Positions 26,387-37,863 are shown, counted from the first letter of the stretch. The stretch: 64,000 bases of DNA from an uncultured Bifidobacteriaceae bacterium (GCA_964597445.1 CAZQXO010000001.1:46978-110977), one strand, 5' to 3'. Notes: generated from the letters alone by a model not told the origin. Numbers and translations: made by a program.

Positions 26387-28339
26387 GTGGCGGCGTCGGA
26401 TGTCGTGAAGCGCCTCTTCGTGGGTCGCGCCCTGACCAGTGAGCGCCTCTCGGAGACGATGCTTCCCAAGCGGATCGCTCTTCCGGTGTTCGCCAGTGAC
26501 GCCCTCTCGTCGAATGCCTACGCCACCCAGGAGATCCTGCTCGTCCTGTCCCTGGGTGGTTTCTCGCTCTACCAGTACGGCCCGTGGGTCGCCGGCGCCG
26601 TGATTCTGGTCTTCTTCACGGTGATCGCCTCCTACCGGCAGACCGTCTATGCCTATCCGAATGGCGGGGGCGACTACGAGGTCGTCGCGAGGAACCTCGG
26701 ACCCAACTGGGGCGTGTTCGTCGGCAGTGCACTTCTCATCGACTACGTGCTCACTGTGGCCGTGTCCATATCGGCTGCCGTGGCCAATCTCGGCTCCATC
26801 ATCCCCTTCGTGGAGCAGCACAGCGTCTGGTTCGCGGTGGCGCTCATCGCTCTGGTGACGGTCATCAATCTCCGGGGCGTCAAGGAATCGGGGGCGTTCT
26901 TCGCCATCCCCGTCTACCTCTTCATCGGATCCATCCTGCTGATGATGGGGTGGGCCATCATCGAGATCGTCGTGCTCGGGCAGGACTTGACTGCTGAGAG
27001 CGCTGGCTGGGACGTCGTTGCCGAGAACTCCTTCGCCGGTCTGGCGCTCGCGTTCCTCGTGGCGCGGGCCTTCTCGTCGGGTACGACGGCTCTCACCGGC
27101 ATCGAGGCGGTCGCGAACGGGGTGCCGGCGTTCCGTGAACCGAAGTCGAGGAACGCCGCGACGACCCTCGCCCTGCTGGGGATCATCTCCATGACGCTGT
27201 TCGCGGGCATCACCTGGCTGGCGATCCGAACGCAGGTCAAGATCACCGAGAACGACGCGGACCTCGTCGGGCTTCCGGCTGGCCAGGCTCAGAAGACGGT
27301 GATCGTGCAGGTCGCGGACGCAGTCTTCCACCGATCTGCCCTGCCCGTTCTCCTGATCGCCATCGTGACCGCCGTGATCCTGGCTCTCGCCGCGAACACG
27401 GCCTTCAACGGCTTCCCGGTGCTGGGGTCGGTCCTCGCCAGGGATGGATACCTGCCCCGACAGCTCCATACCCGCGGAGACCGCCTCGCCTACAGCAACG
27501 GCATCATCACTCTCGCTGCCCTGGCCATCGTGCTTGTCGTGGGATTCCAGGCTGATGTCAGCAGCCTGATCCAGCTGTACATCATCGGCGTCTTCGTCTC
27601 CTTCACCCTCAGTCAATGGGGCATGATCCGGCACTGGACCCGCGAGATACCCGCCTCCCCGGACGCCGTGGTCCGGCGGCGCATGCGACGCTCCCGCATC
27701 GTGAACAGCATCGGGCTGGTGATGACCGGGACCGTTCTCGTCATCGTGCTCACGACGAAGTTCACGAAGGGTGCCTGGATCGTCGTCGTGGCGATCCCCG
27801 TGATCTACCTCGTCATGCGCATCATCCATCGCCATTACGAGCGCGTCCGGACGGAGATGATGACCTTCGGCGACGCCAAGGTCACGCTCCCGGCCCGCGT
27901 CCACGTGATCGTGCTCGTGAGCAAGCTGCACAAGCCCACCATGCGTGCGCTGGCCTATGCGCGCGCGTCCCGCCCCACGGTTCTCGAGGCGATCACCGTC
28001 GACGTGGACCATGACGAGACACTCCAGCTCCAGCGGGAGTGGGAGCGCCAGCAGGTCCCCGTGACCTTGAAGATCCTTGCCTCGCCCTATCGGGAGATCA
28101 CGCGCCCCGTCCTCGACTATGTCGGCCAACTGCGCGCCGAGCATCCACAGGATCTCGTGACGATCTTCATCCCCGAGTACGTGGTCGGGCACTGGTGGGA
28201 GCAGCTGCTGCACAATCAATCGGCCCTGCGACTGAAGAGCCGGCTCCTGTTCGTGCCGGGCGTCATGGTCACAAGCGTCCCCTGGCAGCTCGATGCGGGC
28301 GATGATGCGGCGGAGTCGGTGCCTCGTGGGCGGAACTGA
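26387..28339 (+). CDS. APC-family permease with C-terminal cytoplasmic domain
   Basis: Start at GTG 26387 or 26405; the ORF-track 5' extension to 25679 is antisense to trkA. It has about 12 TM segments followed by a soluble ~200-aa tail, and is divergent from the trkA pair. Confidence 0.8.
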   Translation: MAASDVVKRLFVGRALTSERLSETMLPKRIALPVFASDALSSNAYATQEILLVLSLGGFSLYQYGPWVAGAVILVFFTVIASYRQTVYAYPNGGGDYEVVARNLGPNWGVFVGSALLIDYVLTVAVSISAAVANLGSIIPFVEQHSVWFAVALIALVTVINLRGVKESGAFFAIPVYLFIGSILLMMGWAIIEIVVLGQDLTAESAGWDVVAENSFAGLALAFLVARAFSSGTTALTGIEAVANGVPAFREPKSRNAATTLALLGIISMTLFAGITWLAIRTQVKITENDADLVGLPAGQAQKTVIVQVADAVFHRSALPVLLIAIVTAVILALAANTAFNGFPVLGSVLARDGYLPRQLHTRGDRLAYSNGIITLAALAIVLVVGFQADVSSLIQLYIIGVFVSFTLSQWGMIRHWTREIPASPDAVVRRRMRRSRIVNSIGLVMTGTVLVIVLTTKFTKGAWIVVVAIPVIYLVMRIIHRHYERVRTEMMTFGDAKVTLPARVHVIVLVSKLHKPTMRALAYARASRPTVLEAITVDVDHDETLQLQREWERQQVPVTLKILASPYREITRPVLDYVGQLRAEHPQDLVTIFIPEYVVGHWWEQLLHNQSALRLKSRLLFVPGVMVTSVPWQLDAGDDAAESVPRGRN

Positions 28340-29468
28340 CCAGGTCGGATCCTCGAGGACTGCCGTCCCACTCGCGCCGGGAGACGTTGTTCGCGTGCGG
28401 ACGGGCGTGATCGCCCACGGTGGTCATGTCATCGCGCACCACGATGGGCAGACCCTGTTCGTCCGCCATTCCCTCCCGGGTGAGCTGGTCGATGCGCAGG
28501 TGACCCACGTCAACCGCAAGATCGTGCGCGCAGACGCTGTTGCGATCGTGGAGCCGTCCCCGGCTCGCGTGGAGCCGCCGTGCCCCTGGGCCGGACCCGG
28601 GCTGTGCGGTGGCTGCGATTTCCAGCACATCGAGGTGGCAGTTCAGCGAGACCTCAAGTCGGAGGTCCTGCGGTCGAGCCTCGAGCGCTTCTCGGGACTT
28701 GCCTCAGAGGAGATCGACGAGCTCAAGCCCACGGTTCTTGAGCTCCCGGGTCATGCCGACGGCTTGCACTGGCGAACGCGAATCCGGTGGGCTGTCGATG
28801 AGGTGGGCCGGCCGGGGCTTCGGCGCCACCGATCACACGATGTCGTGACGGTCGACCGGTGCCTTCTGGCCGTCGAGGGCCGCGATCGCCCAGAGGTGCC
28901 GGCATCCGGAGGCAGCGGGCACGCTGTCCGGGGCCGAACGTGGCACGTCGACGGGTTCTGGCAGGCGCATGAGGCCCTTCCGGAGGCGTTGGTCGACACC
29001 GTGCTCGAGTGGGGGTCGCCAGAGCCGGGAGAGCGGTGGTGGGATCTCTATGCCGGCGCGGGGCTCTTCGCCGCCTTCCTCGCGGGTGACGTCGGTCCCG
29101 CCGGGAGGGTCACGGCGGTGGAGGCCGATCGTGCCGCCGTGGTCGCCGGCAGGCAAGCCCTGCAGGATCTCGCCCAGGTGACGTGGGTGAACCGCCCGGT
29201 CGAGGCGTGGCTGCGGGATCAGGATCATGACGCGCCCGACGGGGTCGTCCTCGATCCGCCACGCAGCGGAGCCGGCCAAACAACCATGGCCATGCTTGCC
29301 GGAGCGGCCATCCCGCGCCTCGTCTACGTGGCGTGCGATCCAGTGGCCTTGGCGCGGGACATCCGCGTCGCGCGGGACGCGGGCTACCGCGTGTCGCGGC
29401 TGCGGGCCTTCGATGCCTTCCCCATGACACATCACCTGGAGGCGGTGGCTCTTCTCGAGGCCGACTGA
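28326..29468 (+). CDS. TRAM-domain class I SAM-dependent RNA (uracil-5) methyltransferase
   Basis: The start is uncertain (ATG 28293 or GTG 28326). It has a TRAM-like N-terminus (VRVRTGVIAHGGHVIAHHDGQTLFV), a Cys cluster (CPWAGPGLCGGCDFQH), the SAM motif DLYAGAGLF, and DPPRSG. Confidence 0.8.
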   Translation: MGGTDQVGSSRTAVPLAPGDVVRVRTGVIAHGGHVIAHHDGQTLFVRHSLPGELVDAQVTHVNRKIVRADAVAIVEPSPARVEPPCPWAGPGLCGGCDFQHIEVAVQRDLKSEVLRSSLERFSGLASEEIDELKPTVLELPGHADGLHWRTRIRWAVDEVGRPGLRRHRSHDVVTVDRCLLAVEGRDRPEVPASGGSGHAVRGRTWHVDGFWQAHEALPEALVDTVLEWGSPEPGERWWDLYAGAGLFAAFLAGDVGPAGRVTAVEADRAAVVAGRQALQDLAQVTWVNRPVEAWLRDQDHDAPDGVVLDPPRSGAGQTTMAMLAGAAIPRLVYVACDPVALARDIRVARDAGYRVSRLRAFDAFPMTHHLEAVALLEAD

Positions 29469-29499
29469 CGACTGGGCCGCCCTCGAGGATGGCCATGCG

Positions 29500-29519
29500 A
29501 TATCTTGACGTCAAGATAT
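29500..29519. promoter_or_regulatory. Perfect 20-bp AT-rich palindrome ATATCTTGAC|GTCAAGATAT upstream of acn (candidate operator overlapping promoter elements)
   Basis: Read directly from the sequence at 29500-29519, 21 nt upstream of the preferred acn start (GTG 29541). It is AT-rich in GC-rich surroundings and contains TTGACG (-35-like) and TATCTT/GATATT (-10-like) hexamers. Confidence 0.45.
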
Positions 29520-29540
29520 TCAGTGGAGTGGAGGGGACCC

Positions 29541-32198
29541 GTGCCCAGCATCGACAGCTTCTCGTCTCGAGCGACTCTGACCGTGGGCGACCGCGAGTAC
29601 GAGATCTTCCGCATCGCGCAGGTTCCCGGTTCGGCTCGCCTGCCCTTCACCCACAAGGTCCTGCTCGAGAACCTGCTCCGTCACGAGGACGGTGCCAACG
29701 TGACGAGCGAGGGCATTGCCGCCCTCGGTGCATGGGATCCCTCCGCGGAACCGTCCGAGGAGATCCAGTTCACACCCGCTCGCGTCGTCATGCAGGACTT
29801 CACCGGCGTGCCGGTGGTCGTCGACCTCGCCACGATGCGTGAGGCGGTGAAGGATCTCGGAGGGGACCCCGCGCGTATCGAGCCGTTGAACCCCTCGGAG
29901 CTCGTGATCGACCACTCGGTCATCGCCGACTTCTTCGGAGCGCCCGACTCGGAGGAGCGCAACGTCGAGCTCGAGTACGAGCGCAATCGCGAGCGCTACC
30001 AGTTCCTGCGGTGGGGACAGAGCGCCTTCGACGAGTTCAAGGTCGTCCCCCCGGGGCAGGGCATCGTCCACCAGGTCAACATCGAGGCGCTGGCTCGCGT
30101 GGTCATGGCGCGCAGCGGTCAGGCCTATCCCGACACCGTCGTCGGCACGGACTCGCACACCACGATGGTGAACGGTCTCGGCGTCCTCGGCTGGGGAGTC
30201 GGCGGCATCGAGGCCGAGGCGGCCATGCTCGGCCAGCCGGTATCCATGCTCATCCCTCGTGTCGTGGGCTTCAAGCTGACGGGGGAGCTGCCCGCCGGGG
30301 CCACGGCCACGGACCTCGTCCTCACGATCACTCAGATGCTCCGCAAGCACGGTGTCGTCGGCAAGTTCGTGGAGTTCTACGGCGAGGGTGTCGGTTCCGT
30401 GCCCGTAGCCAACAGGGCGACCATCGGGAACATGTCTCCCGAGTACGGGTCGACCGTGGCCATCTTCCCGATCGATGACGAGACCCTGGAGTACCTGCGC
30501 CTCACCGGGCGCACCGAGGAGCAGATCGCGCTTGTCGAGGCCTACGCCCGGGAGCAGGGCCTCTGGCATGACCCGCACCATGAGGCGGCCTACTCGGAGT
30601 ACCTCGAGCTCGACGTGTCCACGGTGGTGCCGTCCCTCGCCGGACCGAAGCGGCCGCAGGATCGTGTGCTCCTCTCCGAGGCACGCGCCTCGTACGAGGC
30701 CGCTCTCGGCGACTACACCAAGAACCCGGCTGCAGCCGTCGAGACGACGATCGACGGTGCGCCAGTGACGATCGGCCACGGCGCGGTCACGATCGCTGCC
30801 ATCACCTCATGCACGAACACGTCGAACCCCTACGTGATGATCGGTGCGGGCCTGGTGGCCAAGAAGGCGGTCGAGCGGGGACTGGCTCGCAAGCCGTGGG
30901 TCAAGACGACGCTGGGTCCGGGGTCCCGTGTCGTGACCGACTACTACGAGAAGGCAGGTCTCCTGCCGTATCTCGACAAGCTCGGCTTCAACGTGGTCGG
31001 CTACGGATGCACGGTCTGCATCGGCAACTCCGGGCCGCTCATCCCCGAGGTGAGCGCGGCGGTCAACGAGGCGGACCTCGCCGTGGTCTCCGTTCTGTCC
31101 GGCAATCGGAACTTCGAGGGCCGGATCAATCCGGACGTGAAGATGAACTACCTGGCATCCCCGCCTCTCGTCGTGGCCTACGCCCTGGCGGGCACCATGG
31201 ACATCGATCTCATGAACGAGCCACTGGGCTTCGATGAGCAGGGCAACGGAGTCTTCCTGGCCGACATCTGGCCGTCGGCGCAGGAGATCCAGTCAGTGAT
31301 CGATCAGGCCGTGACGTCCGAGCAGTTCGTGCATCGCAACGCGGATGTCTTCACGGGAGATGCCCGCTGGCAGTCGCTCCAGACGCCCACGGGCGAGACC
31401 TTCGCGTGGGATCCCCAGAGCACCTATGTGCGCAAGCCCCCGTACTTCGAGAACATGGGACTCACCCCGGATCCCGTGCAGGACATCCTGGGGGCACGAG
31501 TCCTGCTCAAGCTGGGCGACTCGGTGACTACCGATCACATCTCGCCCGCAGGCTCGATCAAGCCCGACAGCCCCGCGGGTCTCTACCTCACCAGTCACGG
31601 CGTGGCCAAGAAGGACTTCAACTCGTATGGCTCTCGTCGCGGTAACCACGAGGTAATGATCCGAGGCACCTTCGCCAACATCCGGTTGCGCAACCTGATG
31701 CTCACGGACGTGGAGGGCGGCTTCACCGTTGACTTCACGACGCCGGACCAGCCGACCGTGCCCGTGTACGACGCCGCCATGGCCTATGCCGCTCATCGCA
31801 CCCCTCTCGTGATCCTCGCGGGCAAGGAGTACGGATCCGGCTCGAGCCGGGACTGGGCTGCCAAGGGAACGGCCCTGCTCGGCGTGCGGGCCGTGATCGC
31901 CGAGTCGTATGAGCGCATCCACCGGTCGAACCTGATCGGCATGGGAGTCCTGCCGCTGCAGTTCCCGTCCGGCATGTCAGCAGAGTCTCTCGGCCTTCAG
32001 GGCGACGAGGTCTTCACTATTCGTGGGATCACAGCGCTCAACGAGGGAGTCACGCCGCGGGAGGTCGAGGTGGAGGCGGTCGCAGCCGACGGTCGCACCG
32101 TCGAGTTCATGGCTCTCGTGCGGATCGACACGCCGGGCGAGGCGGAGTACTACCGCCACGGGGGGATCCTGCAGTACGTGCTCCGATCCCTCCTCTAG
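29541..32198 (+). CDS. acn: Aconitate hydratase A
   Basis: GTG 29541 ([10 protein letters not shown]..., GGAGTGGAGGGGA RBS) is preferred over TTG 29505. Motifs: [15 protein letters not shown], Fe-S cysteines [10 protein letters not shown] and [11 protein letters not shown], and SGNRNFEGR. Confidence 0.93.
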   Translation: MPSIDSFSSRATLTVGDREYEIFRIAQVPGSARLPFTHKVLLENLLRHEDGANVTSEGIAALGAWDPSAEPSEEIQFTPARVVMQDFTGVPVVVDLATMREAVKDLGGDPARIEPLNPSELVIDHSVIADFFGAPDSEERNVELEYERNRERYQFLRWGQSAFDEFKVVPPGQGIVHQVNIEALARVVMARSGQAYPDTVVGTDSHTTMVNGLGVLGWGVGGIEAEAAMLGQPVSMLIPRVVGFKLTGELPAGATATDLVLTITQMLRKHGVVGKFVEFYGEGVGSVPVANRATIGNMSPEYGSTVAIFPIDDETLEYLRLTGRTEEQIALVEAYAREQGLWHDPHHEAAYSEYLELDVSTVVPSLAGPKRPQDRVLLSEARASYEAALGDYTKNPAAAVETTIDGAPVTIGHGAVTIAAITSCTNTSNPYVMIGAGLVAKKAVERGLARKPWVKTTLGPGSRVVTDYYEKAGLLPYLDKLGFNVVGYGCTVCIGNSGPLIPEVSAAVNEADLAVVSVLSGNRNFEGRINPDVKMNYLASPPLVVAYALAGTMDIDLMNEPLGFDEQGNGVFLADIWPSAQEIQSVIDQAVTSEQFVHRNADVFTGDARWQSLQTPTGETFAWDPQSTYVRKPPYFENMGLTPDPVQDILGARVLLKLGDSVTTDHISPAGSIKPDSPAGLYLTSHGVAKKDFNSYGSRRGNHEVMIRGTFANIRLRNLMLTDVEGGFTVDFTTPDQPTVPVYDAAMAYAAHRTPLVILAGKEYGSGSSRDWAAKGTALLGVRAVIAESYERIHRSNLIGMGVLPLQFPSGMSAESLGLQGDEVFTIRGITALNEGVTPREVEVEAVAADGRTVEFMALVRIDTPGEAEYYRHGGILQYVLRSLL

Positions 32199-32202
32199 AC
32201 CG

Positions 32203-32553
32203 ATGGGCAAGCCCCGTCCCGCGGAGTGGCCAGCCGATCTTCCACCGGCGTCGTCAGCCGAGTTCGACTCGCGGGTGGTGGGGTGGCTGCTGGATCGGTC
32301 CCCGGGCGTCGTCCGCGGCTCGGAGCTGAGGCGTCAGCCGCTCGCTCTCGGCGTCGTGGCGCGCCATCTCGTGATGGGGGAGATCGAGGGCCTTCGTCGC
32401 GCGTACAGCACCGCCCGCACCGAACTGGGCGGGTCGTCCGCCGATCTGGCGACGACGCTGCCGGCCCTGGAGACCGTCGCCGCGGACCTGCTCCGGACGC
32501 AGCGGGAGATCGAGGCGGTCATCCAGGCGCTCCGGGACCGCGAAGGCGCATGA
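32203..32553 (+). CDS. Hypothetical protein
   Basis: ATG 32203 lies 4 nt after the acn stop. It is 116 aa (MGKPRPAEWPADLPP...) with no motif I recognise. Coding status is supported by position and frame only. Confidence 0.4.
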   Translation: MGKPRPAEWPADLPPASSAEFDSRVVGWLLDRSPGVVRGSELRRQPLALGVVARHLVMGEIEGLRRAYSTARTELGGSSADLATTLPALETVAADLLRTQREIEAVIQALRDREGA

Positions 32554-32615
32554 CCCGGGCTTCCGGACGCTGGTGTCGGGAGGTCGTGCTGACCGGATTC
32601 GCCTAGACTTCTGCA

Positions 32616-34532
32616 GTGCCCCTCCTGGACCAGATCCGCGGACCCGAGGACGTCCGCGCGCTGAGGCCGGAGGACATTCCGGTCCTTGCCGAGGAGATCC
32701 GCTCCTTCCTCGTGGAGAAGGTCTCGGCCACGGGCGGCCATCTCGGCCCGAATCTGGGTGTCGTGGAGCTCACGATCGCCCTCCACCGGGTCTTCTCCTC
32801 TCCTGAGGACGTGCTGCTCTGGGACACCGGCCATCAGGCCTACGTGCACAAGGTCCTCACCGGGCGGGCTGCGGAGTTCGACACCCTGCGGCAGGAGGGC
32901 GGCCTCTCGGGCTATCCCAGCCGCCAGGAGAGCCCGCACGATGTCATCGAGAACTCCCATGCCTCCACTGCCCTGTCGTACGCGGACGGAATCGCCAAGG
33001 GCTGGGAGCTCAGCGGTGAGGGCGATCGACGCCATGTCGTGGCGGTGGTCGGGGACGGAGCGCTGACGGGAGGCATGGCCTGGGAGGCGCTCAACAACAT
33101 CGCCGTGTCCGAACGTCCGATCGTGATCGTCGTGAACGACAACATGCGTTCCTATGCGCCCACCATCGGAGGCCTGGCGCACCACCTGTCGACCCTGCGC
33201 ACCACGCGGGGCTACGAGCGGGTCATGGGATGGGGCAAGCGGGTCCTGGGTCGCACCCCCCTCGTCGGGCCCCCCGTGTACGGAGCGCTGCACGGGATGA
33301 AGAAGGGGGTCAAGGACGTCCTGGCCCCGCAGGGGCTCTTCGAAGACCTCGGACTGAAGTACGTGGGCCCCGTGGACGGGCACGACGAGGCGGAGGTCGA
33401 GTACGCCCTGATGCGTGCGCGAGATTTCGGCGGTCCGGTCATCGTTCACGTGCTGACGCACAAGGGGCGTGGCTATCCGCCCGCCGAGAACGACGAGGCC
33501 GATCGCTTCCACGGTGTCGGCATCATCGATCCGGGCACGGGGCGGCCCGTCTCCCGATCCGGTCCGTCCTGGACATCGGCATTCTCGGACGAACTCGTGA
33601 GCATCGGGCGTGAGCGTCCGGATGTCGTGGCGATCACGGCGGCCATGCTGGGGCCTACCGGGCTCGATCGCTTCGCGCGGGAGTTCCCGGATCGCACCTT
33701 CGACGTGGGCATCGCCGAGCAGCATGCGGCGACGAGCGCCGCGGGACTCGCCTATGCGGGCATGCATCCCGTCGTGGCCCTCTACGCCACGTTCCTGAAC
33801 CGGGCGTTCGATCAGGTCCTCATGGACTGCGCGCTCCACGGCGCCGGGGTGACGTTCGTCCTGGACCGTGCCGGACTCACGGGCGACGACGGCGCCAGTC
33901 ACAACGGCATGTGGGATCTCTCCCTCCTGCAGGTCGTACCAGGGATTCGGATCGCTGCGCCGCGGGATGAGGAATCCCTGCGACGGCTGCTCCGGGAGGC
34001 CGTGGCCGTGTCCGACGGCCCGACCGTCGTTCGATTCCCCAAGGGCGCACTCGGACCCTCGGTACCGGCCCTCGAGCGCCGGGCGGGATTCGACGTGCTG
34101 GCGCAGTCGGGGGCGGATGACGTCCTCGTCCTCGGGGTGGGGGTGTTCGCCTCCCTCGCCGTTGAGGTATCGGCCCGACTGACCGCCCAGGGGATCGGCA
34201 GCACGGTCGTCGATCCCGGCTGGGTCACTCCGCTTCCGGAGACGCTCGTCTCGGCTGCCGCAGACTTCACCCTCGTCGTGGTGATCGAGGACGGCATCCG
34301 GGTCGGAGGCATCGGGTCCCGATTCACCCAGGCCCTTCAGGATGCGGGGATCGATGTCCCCGTCCGCGCCATGGGAGTGCCCCCCAGATTCCTCGAGCAC
34401 GGTCGGCGCGCCGATCTGCTGCAGTCCTGCGGTCTCACGGCACAGGACGTCTCGCGGGCCGTGGTCGAGACCATGGCAGGGCTCCAGGAGCCGTCAGCCG
34501 AGACGCCCAGCCGGGTGCCGGGGGCCTCCTGA
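32616..34532 (+). CDS. dxs: 1-deoxy-D-xylulose-5-phosphate synthase
   Basis: 638 aa. Motifs: [18 protein letters not shown], the ThDP motif [18 protein letters not shown], and IAEQHA. Confidence 0.93.
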   Translation: MPLLDQIRGPEDVRALRPEDIPVLAEEIRSFLVEKVSATGGHLGPNLGVVELTIALHRVFSSPEDVLLWDTGHQAYVHKVLTGRAAEFDTLRQEGGLSGYPSRQESPHDVIENSHASTALSYADGIAKGWELSGEGDRRHVVAVVGDGALTGGMAWEALNNIAVSERPIVIVVNDNMRSYAPTIGGLAHHLSTLRTTRGYERVMGWGKRVLGRTPLVGPPVYGALHGMKKGVKDVLAPQGLFEDLGLKYVGPVDGHDEAEVEYALMRARDFGGPVIVHVLTHKGRGYPPAENDEADRFHGVGIIDPGTGRPVSRSGPSWTSAFSDELVSIGRERPDVVAITAAMLGPTGLDRFAREFPDRTFDVGIAEQHAATSAAGLAYAGMHPVVALYATFLNRAFDQVLMDCALHGAGVTFVLDRAGLTGDDGASHNGMWDLSLLQVVPGIRIAAPRDEESLRRLLREAVAVSDGPTVVRFPKGALGPSVPALERRAGFDVLAQSGADDVLVLGVGVFASLAVEVSARLTAQGIGSTVVDPGWVTPLPETLVSAAADFTLVVVIEDGIRVGGIGSRFTQALQDAGIDVPVRAMGVPPRFLEHGRRADLLQSCGLTAQDVSRAVVETMAGLQEPSAETPSRVPGAS

Positions 34533-34534
34533 GG

Positions 34535-36631
34535 TCACGCAGGCACGGATGCCAGCCCGACGGGCAGGAACCGCCCCCCGGCTGCCGCTGCGGATGCTCC
34601 ACTCCGGTCCAGGTACGGCGTCAGGCCGCCCAGCCAGAAGGGCCATCCGGCACCCATGATCATGCAGAGGTCGATGTCCTGAGCCTCCGCCACGACCCCC
34701 TCATCGAGCATCCGACGGACCTCGTCGGCGAGGGCTTGGGAGATCCGCGTGACCAGTGCCGCCTCGTCGATCGGGGCATCGCCCTGATCGAGAAGTGACG
34801 GGACCCGGGGGTCGAGGCTCTTCGTGCCGTCGTCCGCCTTCACCCACACCGACGAGACACCGGCATCCACGAGTCGTGCGAGGTTCGGTGACACCTGATA
34901 GCGATCGGGGAATGCGGCGTGCATCGTCTCCGACACATGCAGGGCGACAGCCGGTCCGACGAGGGCCAACAGATCGAAGGGGGACATCGGCAGGCCGAGG
35001 GTGTCTCCCGCCCGGTCCGCCACCTCGAGGGGAGTTCCCTCGTCCACGGCGGAGATGATCTCGTTGAGGTATCGCGTCAGCAGCCGGTTGACCACGAAGG
35101 CCGGTGCGTCCTTGACGAGCACGCACGTCTTCTTCAGCTGCTTGCCCACAGCGAAGGCGGTCGCGACCGTGGCATCGTCCGTGCGTTCGGCCCTGGCGAT
35201 CTCGAGCAGCGGCATGACGGCGACCGGATTGAAGAAGTGGAAGCCCACGACGCGCTCCGGGTGCTGCAGCCCGGCCGACATCTCGGTGACGGACAGCGAG
35301 GACGTGTTCGTCGCCAGAATGCAATCCGGACGGACGACGGCCTCCAGGCTGCCGAACACCTGCTTTTTGACCGAGAGATCCTCGAAGACCGCCTCGATGA
35401 CGAAGTCCGCATCCGCGAAGACGGAGGCATCGACGGACCCGGAGACGAGGCCGATGAGCCGGTTCGCGCGATCTCGGGTCAGGCGTCCCTTGGACACATC
35501 GGACTCGATCTGGTCGCGCACATACGCGACGCCCTTGTCGACGCGCGCCTGGTCCAGGTCGGTCATCACCACGGGTACCTGAAGGCGCCGCGCGAAGAGC
35601 AGGGCGAGCTGGCTGGCCATGAGGCCGGCACCGACGACGCCCACCTTGGTGATCCGACGAGCGAGGGACGTGTCGGGGACGCCCACCGGTCGCTTCGCCC
35701 GCTTCTGGACCAGGTCGAAGGAGTACAGCGAGGCACGGAGATCCTCACCCATGACGAGGTCGGCGAGGGCCTCATCCTCCGCCGCGAAACCCTCGTCCCG
35801 GGAGGCGGTGCGTGCCGCGCGCACGAGATCCAGCGCGCGGTAGGGCGCCGGAGTCGCGCCGTGGAGCTTGGCGTCGAGCATCCCCTGCGCGATGTCCACG
35901 ATGGCATCCCAGTTGGTCACGTCGATCTCCGGTCGCGCCACCGAGATCGTGCCGTTCAGCACCCCGGCCGCCCAGCGGAACGACTGCTCGAGGAAGTCGG
36001 GTGAGTCGAGCACCACGTCGACCACGCCGAGCCGGAGGGCATCCTTGGGCTTCATCTGCCGGTTCTGCGCGAGGGCATTGGCGACGATGACCTCGAGAGC
36101 GTTCGCCGGACCGACGAGGTGGGGCAGCAGCCAGGCTCCGCCCCATCCCGGGATGAGTCCGAGGAAGACCTCCGGGAGGGACATGGCGGCAGCGGCGGCC
36201 GACATCGTGCGGTAGGTGCAATGGAGCGCGAGCTCGGTGCCCCCGCCCATGGCAGCGCCGTTGACGAAGGCGAAGGACGGCACATCCAGCTCACCGAGGC
36301 GCCGGAAGACGTTGTGCCCGAGCTGTCCGAACTCCAGGATCACCTCCCGGTCGCTCACCAGGCCGATAGCCGACAGATCCGCGCCCACGGCGAAGATGAA
36401 GGGTTTGCCTGTCACGCCCACCGCAGCGATGTCGCCCATGCCCGCCACGCTGTCGAGGGCGGCATCGAGGGACGCCAGACCCGCTGGCCCGAATGTCGTC
36501 GGGCGGGTGTGGTCCCGATCGTTGTCGATCGTGATCAGAGCCATGATCCCCGCGCCATCGGGGAGCGTGATCCGCTGGACCCGAGCATGGGAGACGACCT
36601 CATCCGGGTTCGTCGAGGCCGTGTCAGTCAT
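34535..36631 (-). CDS. fadB: Fatty-acid oxidation complex alpha subunit (enoyl-CoA hydratase / 3-hydroxyacyl-CoA dehydrogenase)
   Basis: Start at ATG 36631 (MTDTASTNPDE...), with ATGA overlap to the fadA stop. It has an N-terminal crotonase fold, the central NAD motif VGVVGAGLMASQLA, and HFFNPV. Confidence 0.88.
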   Translation of the reverse strand: MTDTASTNPDEVVSHARVQRITLPDGAGIMALITIDNDRDHTRPTTFGPAGLASLDAALDSVAGMGDIAAVGVTGKPFIFAVGADLSAIGLVSDREVILEFGQLGHNVFRRLGELDVPSFAFVNGAAMGGGTELALHCTYRTMSAAAAAMSLPEVFLGLIPGWGGAWLLPHLVGPANALEVIVANALAQNRQMKPKDALRLGVVDVVLDSPDFLEQSFRWAAGVLNGTISVARPEIDVTNWDAIVDIAQGMLDAKLHGATPAPYRALDLVRAARTASRDEGFAAEDEALADLVMGEDLRASLYSFDLVQKRAKRPVGVPDTSLARRITKVGVVGAGLMASQLALLFARRLQVPVVMTDLDQARVDKGVAYVRDQIESDVSKGRLTRDRANRLIGLVSGSVDASVFADADFVIEAVFEDLSVKKQVFGSLEAVVRPDCILATNTSSLSVTEMSAGLQHPERVVGFHFFNPVAVMPLLEIARAERTDDATVATAFAVGKQLKKTCVLVKDAPAFVVNRLLTRYLNEIISAVDEGTPLEVADRAGDTLGLPMSPFDLLALVGPAVALHVSETMHAAFPDRYQVSPNLARLVDAGVSSVWVKADDGTKSLDPRVPSLLDQGDAPIDEAALVTRISQALADEVRRMLDEGVVAEAQDIDLCMIMGAGWPFWLGGLTPYLDRSGASAAAAGGRFLPVGLASVPA

Positions 36632-37827
36632 GCCTTGCTCCCGTCGTGGTTGAGGTTCTCCCAGATCACGGTTCCGCCCATGCCGAGACCGATGCACATG
36701 GTGGTGATGCCGTAGCGAGCCTCCGGATGGCGCTCGAAGTCACGGGACAGGTAGGTCATCAGCCGGATGCCGCTCGAGGCCAGCGGGTGACCCACGGCGA
36801 TCGCTCCGCCCATGGGGTTGACGCGTGGGTCGTCATCGGCGATGCCGAAGTGCTCGAGGAAGGCAAGTACCTGAACCGCGAACGCCTCGTTCACCTCGAA
36901 AAGATCGATGTCATCGATCGACAGCCCGGCTCGAGAGAGTGCCTTGACCGTGCTGGGGATGGGGCCAGCGCCCATGAACTCCGGCTCGACACCGGCGAAC
37001 GCGAATCCGACCATGCGCATGCGCTTGGCCAGTCCGAGCCTGTCGGCCATCGCCTCGGACGCGAGCAGGGCGCCGGTGGCGCCGTCGTTCAGCCCCGAGG
37101 CGTTTCCTGCGGTCACGCGCCCATGGGGCCGGAAGGGCGTCTTCAAGGAGGACAGTCCCTCCATCGTGGTCTCCGGTCGCATCGACTCGTCACGATCCAG
37201 GAGTCCCCAGCCCCGTTCTGAGGAGCGCGTCGCGATCGGGACGAGATCCGGCTGGATCCACCCCTGCGCATACGCCTCGGCTGTCTTTCGCTGGGACGCC
37301 AGGGCGTAGGCGTCTGACCGCTCCTTCGTGAGCGTCGGGAATCGGTCGTGCAGGTTCTCCGCGGTTGCACCCATCACCAGGGCATCGGTGTCGACGAGGC
37401 GCTCGGAGAGGAATCGCGGGTTGGGGTCCATGCCGTCACCCATGGGATGACGGGACATGCTCTCGACACCTCCCGCCAGGACGACGTCGTAGGCACCCGC
37501 CATGATGCCGGAGCTCAGCGTCGTCACGGCGGTCATGGCGCCAGCGCACATGCGGTCGATCGCGTAGCCCGGCACGGTAAACGGCAGCCCGGCGAGCAGG
37601 GAGGCCGTGCGGCCCAGGGTCATGCCCTGATCGCCAACCTGCGTCGTCGCCGCGACCGCCACATCGTCGATCTGCTCGGGGGGCAGGGCGGGGTTGCGGC
37701 GCAGCAGTTCACGGAAGACGTTCACGACGAGATCGTCTGCACGCGTCTCGGCGAGAGCGCTCCCCGCCTTGCCGAAGGGCGTGCGGACACCGTCCACGAA
37801 CACGACGTCCTGGATCGATCGGGTCAC
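36628..37827 (-). CDS. fadA: Acetyl-CoA C-acyltransferase (3-ketoacyl-CoA thiolase)
   Basis: 399 aa. The active-site Cys sits in IDRMCAGAM. Also present: NEAFAVQV, GGAIAVGHPLASSG, and the C-terminal CIGLGMG. Confidence 0.9.
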   Translation of the reverse strand: MTRSIQDVVFVDGVRTPFGKAGSALAETRADDLVVNVFRELLRRNPALPPEQIDDVAVAATTQVGDQGMTLGRTASLLAGLPFTVPGYAIDRMCAGAMTAVTTLSSGIMAGAYDVVLAGGVESMSRHPMGDGMDPNPRFLSERLVDTDALVMGATAENLHDRFPTLTKERSDAYALASQRKTAEAYAQGWIQPDLVPIATRSSERGWGLLDRDESMRPETTMEGLSSLKTPFRPHGRVTAGNASGLNDGATGALLASEAMADRLGLAKRMRMVGFAFAGVEPEFMGAGPIPSTVKALSRAGLSIDDIDLFEVNEAFAVQVLAFLEHFGIADDDPRVNPMGGAIAVGHPLASSGIRLMTYLSRDFERHPEARYGITTMCIGLGMGGTVIWENLNHDGSKA

Positions 37828-37863
37828 GGGGACTCCCCACTCTCGGCTTCGCGGTCTGCCGAA

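Noticed and set aside
26333-28219. 628-aa ORF on the minus strand
   Set aside because: It is antisense to the APC permease. The sense strand gives about 12 clean TM helices, while the antisense product is charged low-complexity sequence.
32334-34400. 688-aa ORF on the minus strand
   Set aside because: It is antisense to dxs and has low-complexity Arg/Gly/His-rich composition. It is a GC-bias artefact.
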